Part shown: positions 40,858 through 50,442 of the stretch, one piece after another
How positions within the stretch are numbered: the stretch's first letter is position 1
Layout of the letters: each line of letters starts with the position of its first letter
NCBI GenBank assembly: GCA_963837595.1
Contig: CAWIOB010000011.1
Coordinates: 1,397-65,396, forward strand
Reading direction: 5' to 3'
Length of the DNA: 64,000 nucleotides
From: an uncultured Actinomycetota bacterium
Lineage (GTDB): Bacteria; Actinomycetota; Actinomycetes; Propionibacteriales; Nocardioidaceae
Notes under the pieces: generated by a model
What the model was told of the DNA's origin: nothing
What the model saw: the letters and a program-made list of their open reading frames with translations, nothing else
Databases searched by the model: none
Made by a program: the position numbers and the translations under genes

Positions 40858-41553
40858 ATGACCTCGACCCCCGAGCCCTCGCTCGAGGTGACGGTCCTGC
40901 ATCCGCGCGACGTCGCAGGGGCCGCGGAGGGCGGGGCCGACCGGCTGTTCCTGATGTCGTCGGCAGGGATGTCTCCCACGCCGGCGGAGGTCAGCGCCGC
41001 GGTGCGCGAGTCCGACCTTCCGCTACGGGTGATGCTGCGTCTCTCCGACCACCGCACCACCGACGGCGGCGAGTTCGCTCGCCTGGTGGCGCTCGCCGAG
41101 GAGTACGTCGCGCTGGGGGCCGAGGGAGTCAGCTTCGGCTTCCTCGACACCGACCTTCAGGTCGACGTCGGCACCTGTCGTGCACTTGCCGACGCCCTTC
41201 CGGGCGTGCCCTGGACGCTCAGTCGCGCCATCGACGACACCCTGGAACCCCAGCGGTCCTGGCGACGCCTCACCGGCCTGCCCGGCCTCGACGCGGTGCA
41301 TTCGGCAGGCTCTCCGCGCGGCCTCGACGGAGGGTACGACGAGCTGCTGGCCCTGGCCGAGTCCGAACCGTCGGTCTCGTCACTGCTCGTGCCCTCGGGT
41401 GGGCTGCGCGCGGAGATGGTGCCGTGGTTCGTGCGCGCCGGGGTGACCCGGTTCCACGTGGACAACCAGGTGCGCCCGGGCGCAACCGAGAAGGCATACG
41501 TCGACGCCGGTCACGTCCGGTCCTGGCGACTCCTGCTCGACGGGACCGCATGA
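40858..41553 (+). CDS. cutC: CutC-like TIM-barrel protein
   Basis: LEVTVL..AAEGGADRL, LRVMLR, FGFLD, RAID. Confidence 0.78.
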   Translation: MTSTPEPSLEVTVLHPRDVAGAAEGGADRLFLMSSAGMSPTPAEVSAAVRESDLPLRVMLRLSDHRTTDGGEFARLVALAEEYVALGAEGVSFGFLDTDLQVDVGTCRALADALPGVPWTLSRAIDDTLEPQRSWRRLTGLPGLDAVHSAGSPRGLDGGYDELLALAESEPSVSSLLVPSGGLRAEMVPWFVRAGVTRFHVDNQVRPGATEKAYVDAGHVRSWRLLLDGTA

Positions 41554-42716
41554 TCCTCATCGACCCGCCCAACGCAGCGGGGCACGGCCGGCTGTGGTCC
41601 CACCTCGCCAGCGATTCGTCGTACGACGAGCTGCATGTGTTCGCCCGTATCATCGGTGTCCCCGAGCGTGGCTTCGACCGCGACCACTACGACGTGCCGG
41701 CCGAGTGGTACGACCGGGTGGTGGCGGCGGGCGCGACCCCGGTGTCGTCGCGCGAGCTGATCGTCCGGATCCGGGCCGCCGGGCTACGCCGTCGCAAGAC
41801 CGAGTCCCTGCGTCCACGCAGAGCTGGTCGGGGGCTGTTGCGCCCACCGTTGCTCAGGCGCGGTGACACCGTGGCCGTGGTCGCGCCGGCCGGGCCGGCC
41901 GAGGCCGCGAGGGTCGCTGCCGGAGCCGACGTGCTGCGGGGGTGGGGCCTGGAGTTGCGCCCGGTCGCAGATCAGCTCGAGGCTGGCTTCGCCTGGCTGG
42001 CCGCGCCCGACGAGGTGCGCGCCGCGGCTCTGCAGGACGCCTGGCTCGATCCTGCGGTCTCGGCCGTCTGGTGCACGCGTGGCGGATTCGGGTCGCACCG
42101 GATCCTGGATCTCCTCGACTGGCGGGCGATGGCCTCGGCCAACCCCAAGCTGCTCGTCGGCTTCTCCGACGTGACGGCCCTGCACCAGGCCTTTGCGGCG
42201 CGCCTCGGCGTGTCCACCGTCCACGGTCCCGTTCTGAGCAGCATCGAGGACCGGCTCCCGGCGACGCGGGCGGCGCTGCGCTCGCTCGTCATGGAGGGCG
42301 TGACAGCCGAGATCACCGGACTGGAGCTGGCGCCGGGCGAGGCGACCGGCGTCCTCGTCGGTGGCAATCTCACGGTGCTCGCGAGTTCGGCGGGGACCTC
42401 GCTGACCCACCCGGCCGCCGACTCGATCGTGGTTCTCGAGGATGTGGGCGAGAGCCCCTACCGCCTCGACCGTTCGCTCACCCAGCTCCTGCGATCAGGG
42501 TGGTTCGACGGTGCTCGGGGCATCGTGCTGGGTGAGTTCAGCGACTGTGGGGATCCGGCGACGGTGGCGGATCTGCTGACGGCACGCCTCCGTCCGCTCG
42601 GCGTACCCCTGCTGGCCGGCGCCCCGATCGGGCACGGCGACAGCAACATCGCGATCCCGCTGGGCGTGCGCGCTCAGCTCGGCGACGGTCGGCTCAGGGT
42701 CGATGCAGTCGGCTGA
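41550..42716 (+). CDS. DUF4031-LD-carboxypeptidase (S66) fusion
   Basis: N-terminal WSHLASDSSYDELH.FA..GFDRDHYDVP; C-terminal VAPAGP, RGGFG, GFSDVT, GGNL, LEDVGE, IGHG. Confidence 0.85.
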   Translation: MILIDPPNAAGHGRLWSHLASDSSYDELHVFARIIGVPERGFDRDHYDVPAEWYDRVVAAGATPVSSRELIVRIRAAGLRRRKTESLRPRRAGRGLLRPPLLRRGDTVAVVAPAGPAEAARVAAGADVLRGWGLELRPVADQLEAGFAWLAAPDEVRAAALQDAWLDPAVSAVWCTRGGFGSHRILDLLDWRAMASANPKLLVGFSDVTALHQAFAARLGVSTVHGPVLSSIEDRLPATRAALRSLVMEGVTAEITGLELAPGEATGVLVGGNLTVLASSAGTSLTHPAADSIVVLEDVGESPYRLDRSLTQLLRSGWFDGARGIVLGEFSDCGDPATVADLLTARLRPLGVPLLAGAPIGHGDSNIAIPLGVRAQLGDGRLRVDAVG

Positions 42717-43287
42717 TCTCGTCCTCGACCCGCGCCCGGGCCGCCGCTTCCCAGGCGGCACGGGCGTAGTGGGTGTGGAAGATGGCCGGCTTGGCCAGCA
42801 GATCCGCAAGGATCGCTGCCCGGCCGGCTGCGAAGTCGGCGTCGGCGACGTGCGCGTACTCCCGTCGCACGCTGGCGACGTAGTCCGCATATCGCTGCGG
42901 TGAGGCGGCCAGGATGCCGAGGTCGGCATCGCTCAGTGCGCATCCGTTGACGTCGGTCTCCACGGGGCGGTGGTGCTCGGTCAGGCGGACCAGCCGGGCG
43001 ACCTCGCCGACCTGCGGATGCCCGGCGAGTGCGGCCTCTGCCCACCGCGCAGACCGCTCCTCCGCCTCCGGCCGTGCGTCGTACACCGCGTCGTGGAACC
43101 AGGCGGCGAGCAGCACGGGCTCTCGGTCGAACGCGGTGCTCGGCGCGAGATCGACCAGCCGCTCGAAGACCTCTGCCAGGTGCCGGGTGTCGTGGTAGCC
43201 CCGCGACGGATCGGCGTAGGCCGCCTCCAGCTCGCCCCGCAGGTCCTCGTGATCAGGCAGGGGCCACCACGGCGACAGGTCGATCAT
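42694..43287 (-). CDS. HD-domain metal-dependent phosphohydrolase
   Basis: RGYHDTRHL, AAWFHDAVYD, DADLGIL, VRREY. Confidence 0.9.
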   Translation of the reverse strand: MIDLSPWWPLPDHEDLRGELEAAYADPSRGYHDTRHLAEVFERLVDLAPSTAFDREPVLLAAWFHDAVYDARPEAEERSARWAEAALAGHPQVGEVARLVRLTEHHRPVETDVNGCALSDADLGILAASPQRYADYVASVRREYAHVADADFAAGRAAILADLLAKPAIFHTHYARAAWEAAARARVEDEISRLHRP

Positions 43288-45326
43288 GCGACGAGTCTGG
43301 CATCCAGCTCGCCGGGCAGAGGAAGATCGTGCAGCACCACCAGGGAGCTGACGGCCCGCGTGAGGCACACGTAGAGCCGCCTCAGTCCCGTCACGCGGTC
43401 CGGCTCGCCGGACACGACGGCCTCGGGCTCGACCAGCACGACGTGGTCGTACTCCAGTCCCTTGGCCAGGGACGCCGGCACGAGGTCGAGGTGGGCCCAG
43501 AACGGATCGGCCACCTCGTCCGTGCCCACGAACGCCACCTGCAGTCCCTTGAGCTCCGAGGTCACGGCCGCTCTCAGGCTGTCGGGGACGATCAGGCCGA
43601 TCGACCCCTCGCGCCGGGCGATGGAGTCGAGTCGGTCGCGCAGCTCGCTCACCGCACCGAACTCGAGCTCGCCCCGGCTGCGGCGTACGGATGTCGGCGG
43701 CTCGAGGTCGGCGGCGATATGGGGAAGCAGGGTCGCGGCGTACTCGATGACCTGGCCGGGCACCCGGAACCCCCGGGTCAGCTGCTCCACGTGGGCGCCG
43801 GGCTTGCCCAGATGGTTGAGCGCGTCAGCCCAGGAACGGCTGCCCCAGGGTGTGGTGGCCTGGGCCAGGTCGCCGAGGATGGTCATCGACCCCGTCGAGC
43901 AGCGTCGTCCCAGGGCGCGCAGCATCATTGCGGAGAGGTCCTGAGCCTCGTCGAGGACCAGATGCGCCAAAGAGCCGGTCCGCTCGACGAGGTCGGTGGC
44001 CTCGTCGATGAGGACCGCATCGGCGAGGCTCCACCGCGTGGTGCCGGCCGAGCGTGGCGGACGGTCCCAGAGGAGCAGGTCCTGTTCCTCTGGCTGCAGG
44101 ACCCCCTGCGCAGCCGAGGCCAGGAACCCCGGTTCGGACAGCAGCCGGTGCACCAGTCTGGCGGGGTCGACCTCAGGCCACAGGCGCTTGGCGTAGGACT
44201 TCACCGGGGCGCTGCGGGCGACGGCGTTCTGAACCCGGTCGTCGGGGGAGTCGCCGCCGTTCTCCATCTTCACCAGGATCCGGTGGGCGAGTGCCTGGGG
44301 CAGCATGGCCCGCGCCGCGCCGTACCTCACTCCCCGGGTGCGGAGCTCGGCGACGATGTCCTCTGCCTCGTAGGCCGCCACCCGCCACCGGCTCGAGCCG
44401 CGCGGCACCACGAGCGCCTCGTCGGGAGTGGTCAGGTGTGACCAGAGGGCCCGCTCGATCACCAGGGCGAGGCGGGCGTCGCCCTTGAGGGTGGCGACTG
44501 GCGGCGGCTCCTCGCCGCGAATGGGCGTCGATCTGCCGACCAGCTGCTCGATCGTCGTCTGAGTCGCGTCTATCTCGCCGAGCGCCGGCAGGACATCGGC
44601 GATGTAGCGCAGGAAGCTCGCGTTGGGCCCGACAACGAGCACGCCCTGGCGCGAGAGCTGCTCACGGTGGGCATAGAGGAGGTACGCCGCGCGGTGGAGG
44701 CCGACCGCCGTCTTCCCGGTCCCGGGTGCTCCCTGGACACAGATGGTCTCGCCCAGGGCCGCCCGGACGATCACGTCCTGCTCGGGCTGGATGGTGGCGA
44801 CGATGTCGCGCATCGGGCCAACGCGTGGCCGCTCGATCTCGGCCTCGAGCAGCTCGGAGTAGTCGTCCTCTGCGCCGGTCGCCAGGTCCTCGTCCTCGTA
44901 CGCCGTGAGGATGCCGGCCTGGAAGCCGAAGCGGCGGCGCCGCTCGAGTCCGAGCGGCTCGGTCCGGCTGGCGCGGTAGAAGGGCAGGCTCACCGGTGCC
45001 CGCCAGTCGATCACCAGGGGATCGCCGTCGGGATCGGAGATGTGCCGGCGCCCGATGTGGAACGCCTCTCCGCTCGAGCCGTCGGCGGTCGGCGCGTAGG
45101 TGATGCGCCCGAAGAAGAGAGGGATGGTCGGGTCGTCGGCCAGTTGCTGCATGCGCAGCGCGAACGTCGAGTCGAGATAGGCACGACTCACCCAGTCGCC
45201 CGCCGCGGCGGAGTCCATGGAGGCGGTCCGCTCGCGCATGCGGGTCAGCTGATGTCTGGCCTGGGAGTGGTGGTGGCGTTCGCCGTCGAGATCGAGATCG
45301 AGATCAGGTTGCGTGGGAGTAGGCAC
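43284..45326 (-). CDS. helD: HelD family helicase-like RNA polymerase recycling factor
   Basis: HIGRR, IDWRAP, MRDIVATIQPEQD, GAPGTGKT, DEAQDLS, AKGLEYD, LYVCLTRA. Confidence 0.9.
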   Translation of the reverse strand: MPTPTQPDLDLDLDGERHHHSQARHQLTRMRERTASMDSAAAGDWVSRAYLDSTFALRMQQLADDPTIPLFFGRITYAPTADGSSGEAFHIGRRHISDPDGDPLVIDWRAPVSLPFYRASRTEPLGLERRRRFGFQAGILTAYEDEDLATGAEDDYSELLEAEIERPRVGPMRDIVATIQPEQDVIVRAALGETICVQGAPGTGKTAVGLHRAAYLLYAHREQLSRQGVLVVGPNASFLRYIADVLPALGEIDATQTTIEQLVGRSTPIRGEEPPPVATLKGDARLALVIERALWSHLTTPDEALVVPRGSSRWRVAAYEAEDIVAELRTRGVRYGAARAMLPQALAHRILVKMENGGDSPDDRVQNAVARSAPVKSYAKRLWPEVDPARLVHRLLSEPGFLASAAQGVLQPEEQDLLLWDRPPRSAGTTRWSLADAVLIDEATDLVERTGSLAHLVLDEAQDLSAMMLRALGRRCSTGSMTILGDLAQATTPWGSRSWADALNHLGKPGAHVEQLTRGFRVPGQVIEYAATLLPHIAADLEPPTSVRRSRGELEFGAVSELRDRLDSIARREGSIGLIVPDSLRAAVTSELKGLQVAFVGTDEVADPFWAHLDLVPASLAKGLEYDHVVLVEPEAVVSGEPDRVTGLRRLYVCLTRAVSSLVVLHDLPLPGELDARLVA

Positions 45327-45465
45327 GCGGGAGACTCCTCCTTCGAACCGGAGGTGGGGACTGGAAGCCGGGTGACTCTACGCCGCCTCCGGGGCACTGT
45401 CATCCGGGTTTCCGCCGACGGCGAACACTCTTGACTGGGTAATGATGTAACTGTGTAATCAGAGC

Positions 45466-45948
45466 ATGAATGAAATCAATGAATGGTTCGCAGGACGGCT
45501 CCCCGAGGAGTGGTTCGACGGCGCTGCGCAGATCACGGTCGACCGCGAGGAGATCCTCGTGGTGGGCGCCCTTCGGCAGTCCGGCGAGACGGTGAGCCCG
45601 CCCGAGGCCGACGGCCGGATCCAGCGATACCGCGAGGAGACCCGCGGCGCGCGCATGAAGATCGCCGACGAGGCCGAGGCCCGGTTCGGTCGCAAGGTCG
45701 CCTGGGGCGCCGCCCTGGGTGACCGGTCCCACGTGTTCACCTCCCTGGCCGTCCCGGTGATGACCCGGCTGCGGCAGCCCGAGCGCCTGGTCCTCGACAC
45801 CCTGGTCGAGGCCGGCGTCGCCCGCTCCCGCTCCGAGGCGCTGTCCTGGTGCGTCAAGCTGGTCGGCCGCAACCAGGAGGACTGGATCAAGCAGCTGCGC
45901 GAGGCCCTCGACGTGGTCGCCACCGCACGCGCCGACGGCCCCAGCTGA
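45466..45948 (+). CDS. conserved actinobacterial protein with C-terminal ribbon-helix-helix-like segment
   Basis: WFAGRLP..VDREEI; PVMTRLRQPERLVLDTLVEAGVARSRSEAL; leaderless TTGACT-N17-TGTAAT promoter. Confidence 0.82.
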   Translation: MNEINEWFAGRLPEEWFDGAAQITVDREEILVVGALRQSGETVSPPEADGRIQRYREETRGARMKIADEAEARFGRKVAWGAALGDRSHVFTSLAVPVMTRLRQPERLVLDTLVEAGVARSRSEALSWCVKLVGRNQEDWIKQLREALDVVATARADGPS

Positions 45949-45964
45949 GGGGGCAGCAGAGCGA

Positions 45965-46130
45965 TCAGCGTCGGGCGCGGACCGGATAGAGCACCGGGTC
46001 CTCTCCCCGATAGGGCGACAGGCCGGTGCCCTCCTCCTCGTGAAGGATCGTGAAACCTGGCTCGCGGGTGAGTCGTGCGCTGAACGCCTCGCTGTTCTGG
46101 ACGCGCCGGGAGCGCGATGTCCCGCAGCTC
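45965..46130 (-). pseudogene. possible 3' remnant of a decayed gene (methyltransferase-like tail)
   Basis: Protein-like tail FSARLTREPGFTILHEEEGTGLSPYRGEDPVLYPVRARR with no coherent upstream frame. Confidence 0.35.
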
Positions 46131-46377
46131 CTCGGCTGCCGACGGGCCTGTGCGGTGGTCCGAGACGTAGCCGGCGTCGAAGTCGCTGTTGCGACGGTCG
46201 TCCGCGGGGACCGGGATGGGTGGGAAGCAACGATCTCCATGACGCAGGAGCAGGCGAGCAGTATCCGCAGGCCTCGTACTGAGTAGCAGGGCCCAGGCGC
46301 ATCCGGAGGATCCGAACGAGCATCAGTGGTGCCGCCACCTCGTGCGGTCGATCGACTCGAGACCCCGGGAGAACAAC

Positions 46378-47010
46378 ATGAAGTCGCACCTACTCGTCGC
46401 CACCATCGCCGCAGCAGCCCTCCTGCTGCTGACAGGCCCCAGCAGTGCCACCCCCGCCGCACCCGTGCCATCGGCGCAACCAGCCCACCCGAGCGTCCGG
46501 ACCGTGCACGACCCGCGCCGCGATGTCGTCAGCGTCACGGAGCGGGCCGGCAAGGACGCGTTCACCCCGGCACCCAACCGCCGCCACGGCGACATCGTCG
46601 CCCTCCGGGTCTCGCACCGGGCTGGTTCGGTCGTCACCCGCGTCACGATGCGGCGACTCACTCGTGACGACCGGTTCTTCGGCGCAGCGGTCCAGTTGCG
46701 CACCTCGAGGGCGACCTACTCGGCCGTCGTCTTCAGGTTCCTGCCCGGGCGCCGGCTGCAGCAGAGCTTCGACGGGGGTGGGCAGGACTCCTGCGCCGGC
46801 ATGAGCCACCACCTGTCCTATCGCCACGACACGATCACGATCACTGTTCCGCGCGCCTGCTTGGGGTCACCGACGTGGGTGCGCCCCCGCGCCGTGGTCG
46901 ACTACTTCGGCCCGGGCGGCGCCAGTGACACCTTCTTCGCCGACGGTGTCCCCGGCACCAGCCTGACCCCGGTGCCGTTCCTGGCCAGGGTCTGGCACCC
47001 GGGAGCCTGA
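46378..47010 (+). CDS. secreted hypothetical protein
   Basis: RBS GGAGA; signal peptide ..GPSSA; two Cys; beta-rich and basic. Confidence 0.8.
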   Translation: MKSHLLVATIAAAALLLLTGPSSATPAAPVPSAQPAHPSVRTVHDPRRDVVSVTERAGKDAFTPAPNRRHGDIVALRVSHRAGSVVTRVTMRRLTRDDRFFGAAVQLRTSRATYSAVVFRFLPGRRLQQSFDGGGQDSCAGMSHHLSYRHDTITITVPRACLGSPTWVRPRAVVDYFGPGGASDTFFADGVPGTSLTPVPFLARVWHPGA

Positions 47011-47014
47011 GACC

Positions 47015-48214
47015 TCAGGTGGTCCAGGTGCGCAACCAGATGGTGTGCTCGGACTGCCTGAGCTTCTCCAGGGCGGCTTCGGACAGGGGTGCGTCGGCAT
47101 CGGTGACGACGTACCCCTGCTCGCCGCGGGTCGAGAGGAACTGTGCGGTGACGTTGTCGTCGTTCTCGGCCAGCACCTGATTGATGCCTGCCAGTACGCC
47201 GGGCACGTTCACGTGCAGGTAGCCGACTCGGAAGGCCCCGTGCGTGACGGGCGCCTGGACCTCGGGGAGGTTGACCGACAGGGCCGTCGAGCCGTGGTGG
47301 GCGAATCCCACGAACTTGCCGGCCACGAAGTAGCCGATCTCCTCCTGGGCCTCCTGGGTGGAGCCACCGACGTGGGGGGTCAGGATCACGTTGTCGAGGC
47401 CGCGCAGGGCCGACTCGAACGGGTCGCCCTGCCGCTTCGGCTCCACCGGGAACACATCGAGCGCTGCACCGCTGATGTGGCCCGACAGGATGTTGTCGCG
47501 CAGGGCCATGTCGTCGACGACCATTCCGCGCGAGGCGTTGATGAACATGGCCCGCGGCTTCATCTTCGCGAACTGCTCCGCGCCGAAGAGCCCGGCGTTG
47601 CCAGGCCTCCCGTCGACGTGCAGGCTGACGACGTCAGACCTCTCGAGCAGCTCGTCGAGAGTGAGCACCCGGCGAGCGTTGCCGTGAGCGAGCCGGTCGG
47701 CGGTGTCGAAGAAGATCACCCGGAAACCGAGCGCTTCGGCCAGGTTGGACAGCTGGGTTCCGATGTTGCCGTAGCCCACGATGCCGAGGGTCCGGCCGCG
47801 CACCTCGTGACTCCCGTTGGCCGACTTGTCCCAGACCCCGTTGTGCATCTTGTGGGTCTTGTCGGGCAGCCGCCGGGCCAGCGCGATGATCTCGCCGATC
47901 ACGAGCTCGACGACACTGCGCGTGTTCGAGTAGGGCGCGTTGAAGACCGCGACCCCGCGGGCGGCGGCGGCGACCAGGTCGACCTGGTTGGTGCCGATGC
48001 AGAAGCAGCCGACAGCCAGCAGGTCGGGAGCGGAGTCGAGAACCTTGTCGGTGATCGTGGTGTTCGAGCGGATGCCGAGCAGGTGCACCCCCGGCAGTGC
48101 GGCGATCAGGTCGTCCTCGGACAGCGAGCCTGGCCGGAGCTCGACCTCGAATCCCTCGCCCTCGAGGAGGTCGACGGCCAGCGGGTGGATGTTCTCGAGC
48201 AGCAGCACCTTCAC
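47015..48214 (-). CDS. serA: D-3-phosphoglycerate dehydrogenase (with ACT domain)
   Basis: GCFCIGTNQVD, NAPYSNTRSVVE, GIVGYGNIG, TPHVGGSTQEAQ, HVNVPGVL. Confidence 0.96.
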   Translation of the reverse strand: MKVLLLENIHPLAVDLLEGEGFEVELRPGSLSEDDLIAALPGVHLLGIRSNTTITDKVLDSAPDLLAVGCFCIGTNQVDLVAAAARGVAVFNAPYSNTRSVVELVIGEIIALARRLPDKTHKMHNGVWDKSANGSHEVRGRTLGIVGYGNIGTQLSNLAEALGFRVIFFDTADRLAHGNARRVLTLDELLERSDVVSLHVDGRPGNAGLFGAEQFAKMKPRAMFINASRGMVVDDMALRDNILSGHISGAALDVFPVEPKRQGDPFESALRGLDNVILTPHVGGSTQEAQEEIGYFVAGKFVGFAHHGSTALSVNLPEVQAPVTHGAFRVGYLHVNVPGVLAGINQVLAENDDNVTAQFLSTRGEQGYVVTDADAPLSEAALEKLRQSEHTIWLRTWTT

Positions 48215-48237
48215 AGCGCCAGCCTAGGCGCTCGGAT

Positions 48238-48278
48238 CGGGGTGACCCCGCCGCGTCTTACGCAGCGGGGCCACCCCG
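48238..48278 (-). terminator. terminator hairpin of the DUF4331 operon
   Basis: ~19-bp stem; plus-strand A-C mismatches become G-U pairs on the minus strand. Confidence 0.7.
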
Positions 48279-48304
48279 TGTCGGTGTTGCGTGCCGCTGT
48301 CCGC

Positions 48305-48748
48305 TCAGACCGGCCACGTGGCCGTGGCCACGTCGCCCCCCGATACCTGAACGGTGAGCAGGACCTCGAGGGTCCCCTTCTCGTAGAGCTCATAGGAGCC
48401 CTCGAGAAGCTCTGGGAACACCAGGGAGGGCACGGCACCTGAACCGATCGGCCGGCTCACCACGGCGACGTGCGGATGCACGCCGTCGTCGTGCGCATGC
48501 GTGTGGTCGTGCGCATGCGTGTGGTCGTGCGGATGCGCGTGCTCGTGCACGTGATGTTCCCCCTGGTTGTGCGACGCCCGAGGATCGTGCCGCAGGTCGG
48601 GGCCTCCGACCGGACGGATCTCCACCTCCAGTCCGTCGAGCTCCGGTGGCATGGTGACCACCAGGGCTCCGACGTCCCCGCCGATGTCGAGCAGGACCGA
48701 GCCCTGGCCGGCGAAGGGATTCTCGGCGTCGACCTGGTCGGCGCTCAT
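48305..48748 (-). CDS. His-rich hypothetical protein
   Basis: VLLDIGGDVGALVV..EVEIRP..HHVHEHAHPHDHTHAHDHTHAHDD..HVAV; ATGA overlap with DUF4331. Confidence 0.82.
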   Translation of the reverse strand: MSADQVDAENPFAGQGSVLLDIGGDVGALVVTMPPELDGLEVEIRPVGGPDLRHDPRASHNQGEHHVHEHAHPHDHTHAHDHTHAHDDGVHPHVAVVSRPIGSGAVPSLVFPELLEGSYELYEKGTLEVLLTVQVSGGDVATATWPV

Positions 48749-50124
48749 GACGCCTTCGTCGTGCCCGGGGTCGTCTGGTAACCACCGCCCGGCGTACCGA
48801 GGTACGGGAACAGCTCCCAGGTCGGCGCGTTGGTGTCGCTCGTGCCGTCCTGGACCGCGCTGGCTGCGCCGTCCGGGGTGAAGCTCGGGTCGACCAACGG
48901 GATCGTCAGACCGGCCACGGCCCGCAACTCGATCGTCACCACGTCGTCGATGATCCGACGGCCGTTCGGGAACCCGGCCGGGTCGCCGGCCACCAGCCCG
49001 AGACTGTTCGGCTTGGCGCTCGGCGGGATGGCCACGTTGAGGCGCAGCATGTCGGAGGCCACCGGGCCGGTGTAGTTCTGGAAGCCCGCGACGACACCCG
49101 ACGGGATGCCCGTGAGCAGGATCGCGTTGAGGTCGGCACGTGGCTTCTTGTACGCCGCCAGCTTCGGGAACACGCCCGGGTAGAGGACCGGCAGCAGGCC
49201 GGCCAGCTCGGGCTTGTTGACGTACTTGGCGTAGCGGCTGTCACCACTCGGCTGGCGAGCGTTCCACTCGTCCTTCTCGGCCATCGGCACGATGACCTCG
49301 TTGAACAGCGGGTTGCCGAGACGGGAGACCTGCTCCCAGGGGCCGTGGCCGACGAACTTGCCCTTGGCCTGGTCGAAGATCCGCGACTTGCGACGGCTGG
49401 CCGTGGCCCAGACGCCGATCACCGCGCCCGGCTTGGAGGCGTCCGTGGGTCGGTCGCGGTTCCGGGTGACCTCGGTGATCGGGACCTGCAACGCGATGGT
49501 GTGCACGTTGTAGGACTGAACCGAGTTGACCCCGTTCATGTTCGGCATCGAGATGAGGTGCGCCTCGTTGAACGGTCGCAGTGCGCCGAGGTCGAAGATG
49601 CTCCCCAGGTCCACGTGGAACGCGTCCGCCCGCTGACCTGCGAAGACCTGCCGACCGCCGGCCAGCTTCTTGATGGCCTGCTTGGACAGCTCGACGTAGT
49701 TCGGGGTGCTCCGCGGCCCGACGTTCACCGGGGGACAGGGAACGTTGCGGGCGATCACCTTAGAGACGCCACCGCGTACTCGGGTCACCGAGTAGTACTG
49801 CGGACGGTTCCAGGTCTCGTCGTCGATCTTGGTGATCGGCCCGGTGTTGTAGAGGAACGTCTTGGCGTTGCGGATCTTGGTGTGGAACCGGAACTGGTAC
49901 TTCAGGTCCGAGGTGCCCTTGCCCTTGTTGGACACGTGGATCTCGTAGAGGACGTCGTCACCGAACTCGTAGAAGTTGGGTCCTCCGTCCGGCTTCTGGA
50001 GAGGGATGAAGTTGGCGATGAGCGTCACGGTGCCGGGTCGTCGGGGGCTGACGAACGCGTAGACGTCGGTGCCGTCGGCGACGGGGTCCTTGCTGATCTC
50101 GGGTGCTTCGCGGTGCGAGGACAT
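48745..50124 (-). CDS. DUF4331 domain protein without a signal peptide
   Basis: MSSHREAP..DVYAF, FAGQRADAF.VDLG, QVSRLGNPL.NEV, DMLRLN, GFPNGRR..DDV, FPYL. Confidence 0.92.
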   Translation of the reverse strand: MSSHREAPEISKDPVADGTDVYAFVSPRRPGTVTLIANFIPLQKPDGGPNFYEFGDDVLYEIHVSNKGKGTSDLKYQFRFHTKIRNAKTFLYNTGPITKIDDETWNRPQYYSVTRVRGGVSKVIARNVPCPPVNVGPRSTPNYVELSKQAIKKLAGGRQVFAGQRADAFHVDLGSIFDLGALRPFNEAHLISMPNMNGVNSVQSYNVHTIALQVPITEVTRNRDRPTDASKPGAVIGVWATASRRKSRIFDQAKGKFVGHGPWEQVSRLGNPLFNEVIVPMAEKDEWNARQPSGDSRYAKYVNKPELAGLLPVLYPGVFPKLAAYKKPRADLNAILLTGIPSGVVAGFQNYTGPVASDMLRLNVAIPPSAKPNSLGLVAGDPAGFPNGRRIIDDVVTIELRAVAGLTIPLVDPSFTPDGAASAVQDGTSDTNAPTWELFPYLGTPGGGYQTTPGTTKAS

Positions 50125-50390
50125 CAGTTGCCTCCTGCTGCGTTGAGGATGCGGTTGACGAGGTCGGCGTCGTGCACTATCACTTCGCGCTCACCGACCA
50201 TCAGCCGCAGCTTGCTGGAGCGGTGGTCCTTCACGTAGGCCACCACGGTCTCCTCTGCACTTCCGGGCTTGCGCTTGGTGTCGCCCGCCTCGGCTGCAGC
50301 CGGCGACCCGAGACCGGCCAGTCCGACCGTCCCTGCTGCGGCTCCCGCGCCGGCCACGGCGAGGAACTTCCTTCTGTTCGTTTCGCTCAT
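50124..50390 (-). CDS. small Tat-signal protein (88 aa)
   Basis: N-RR-K-FL twin-arginine motif, hydrophobic core, AAA/AEA cleavage; RBS AGGAGG; TGATG coupling to DUF4331. Confidence 0.85.
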   Translation of the reverse strand: MSETNRRKFLAVAGAGAAAGTVGLAGLGSPAAAEAGDTKRKPGSAEETVVAYVKDHRSSKLRLMVGEREVIVHDADLVNRILNAAGGN

Positions 50391-50442
50391 CTGTTGTGCC
50401 TCCTGGGATGGGCGGCCTCGATGTGAGGCGCGCCACAGGTGG

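Noticed and set aside
43284-45465. HelR rifamycin-resistance locus
   Set aside because: No rifamycin-associated-element palindrome recognised upstream; treated as generic HelD.
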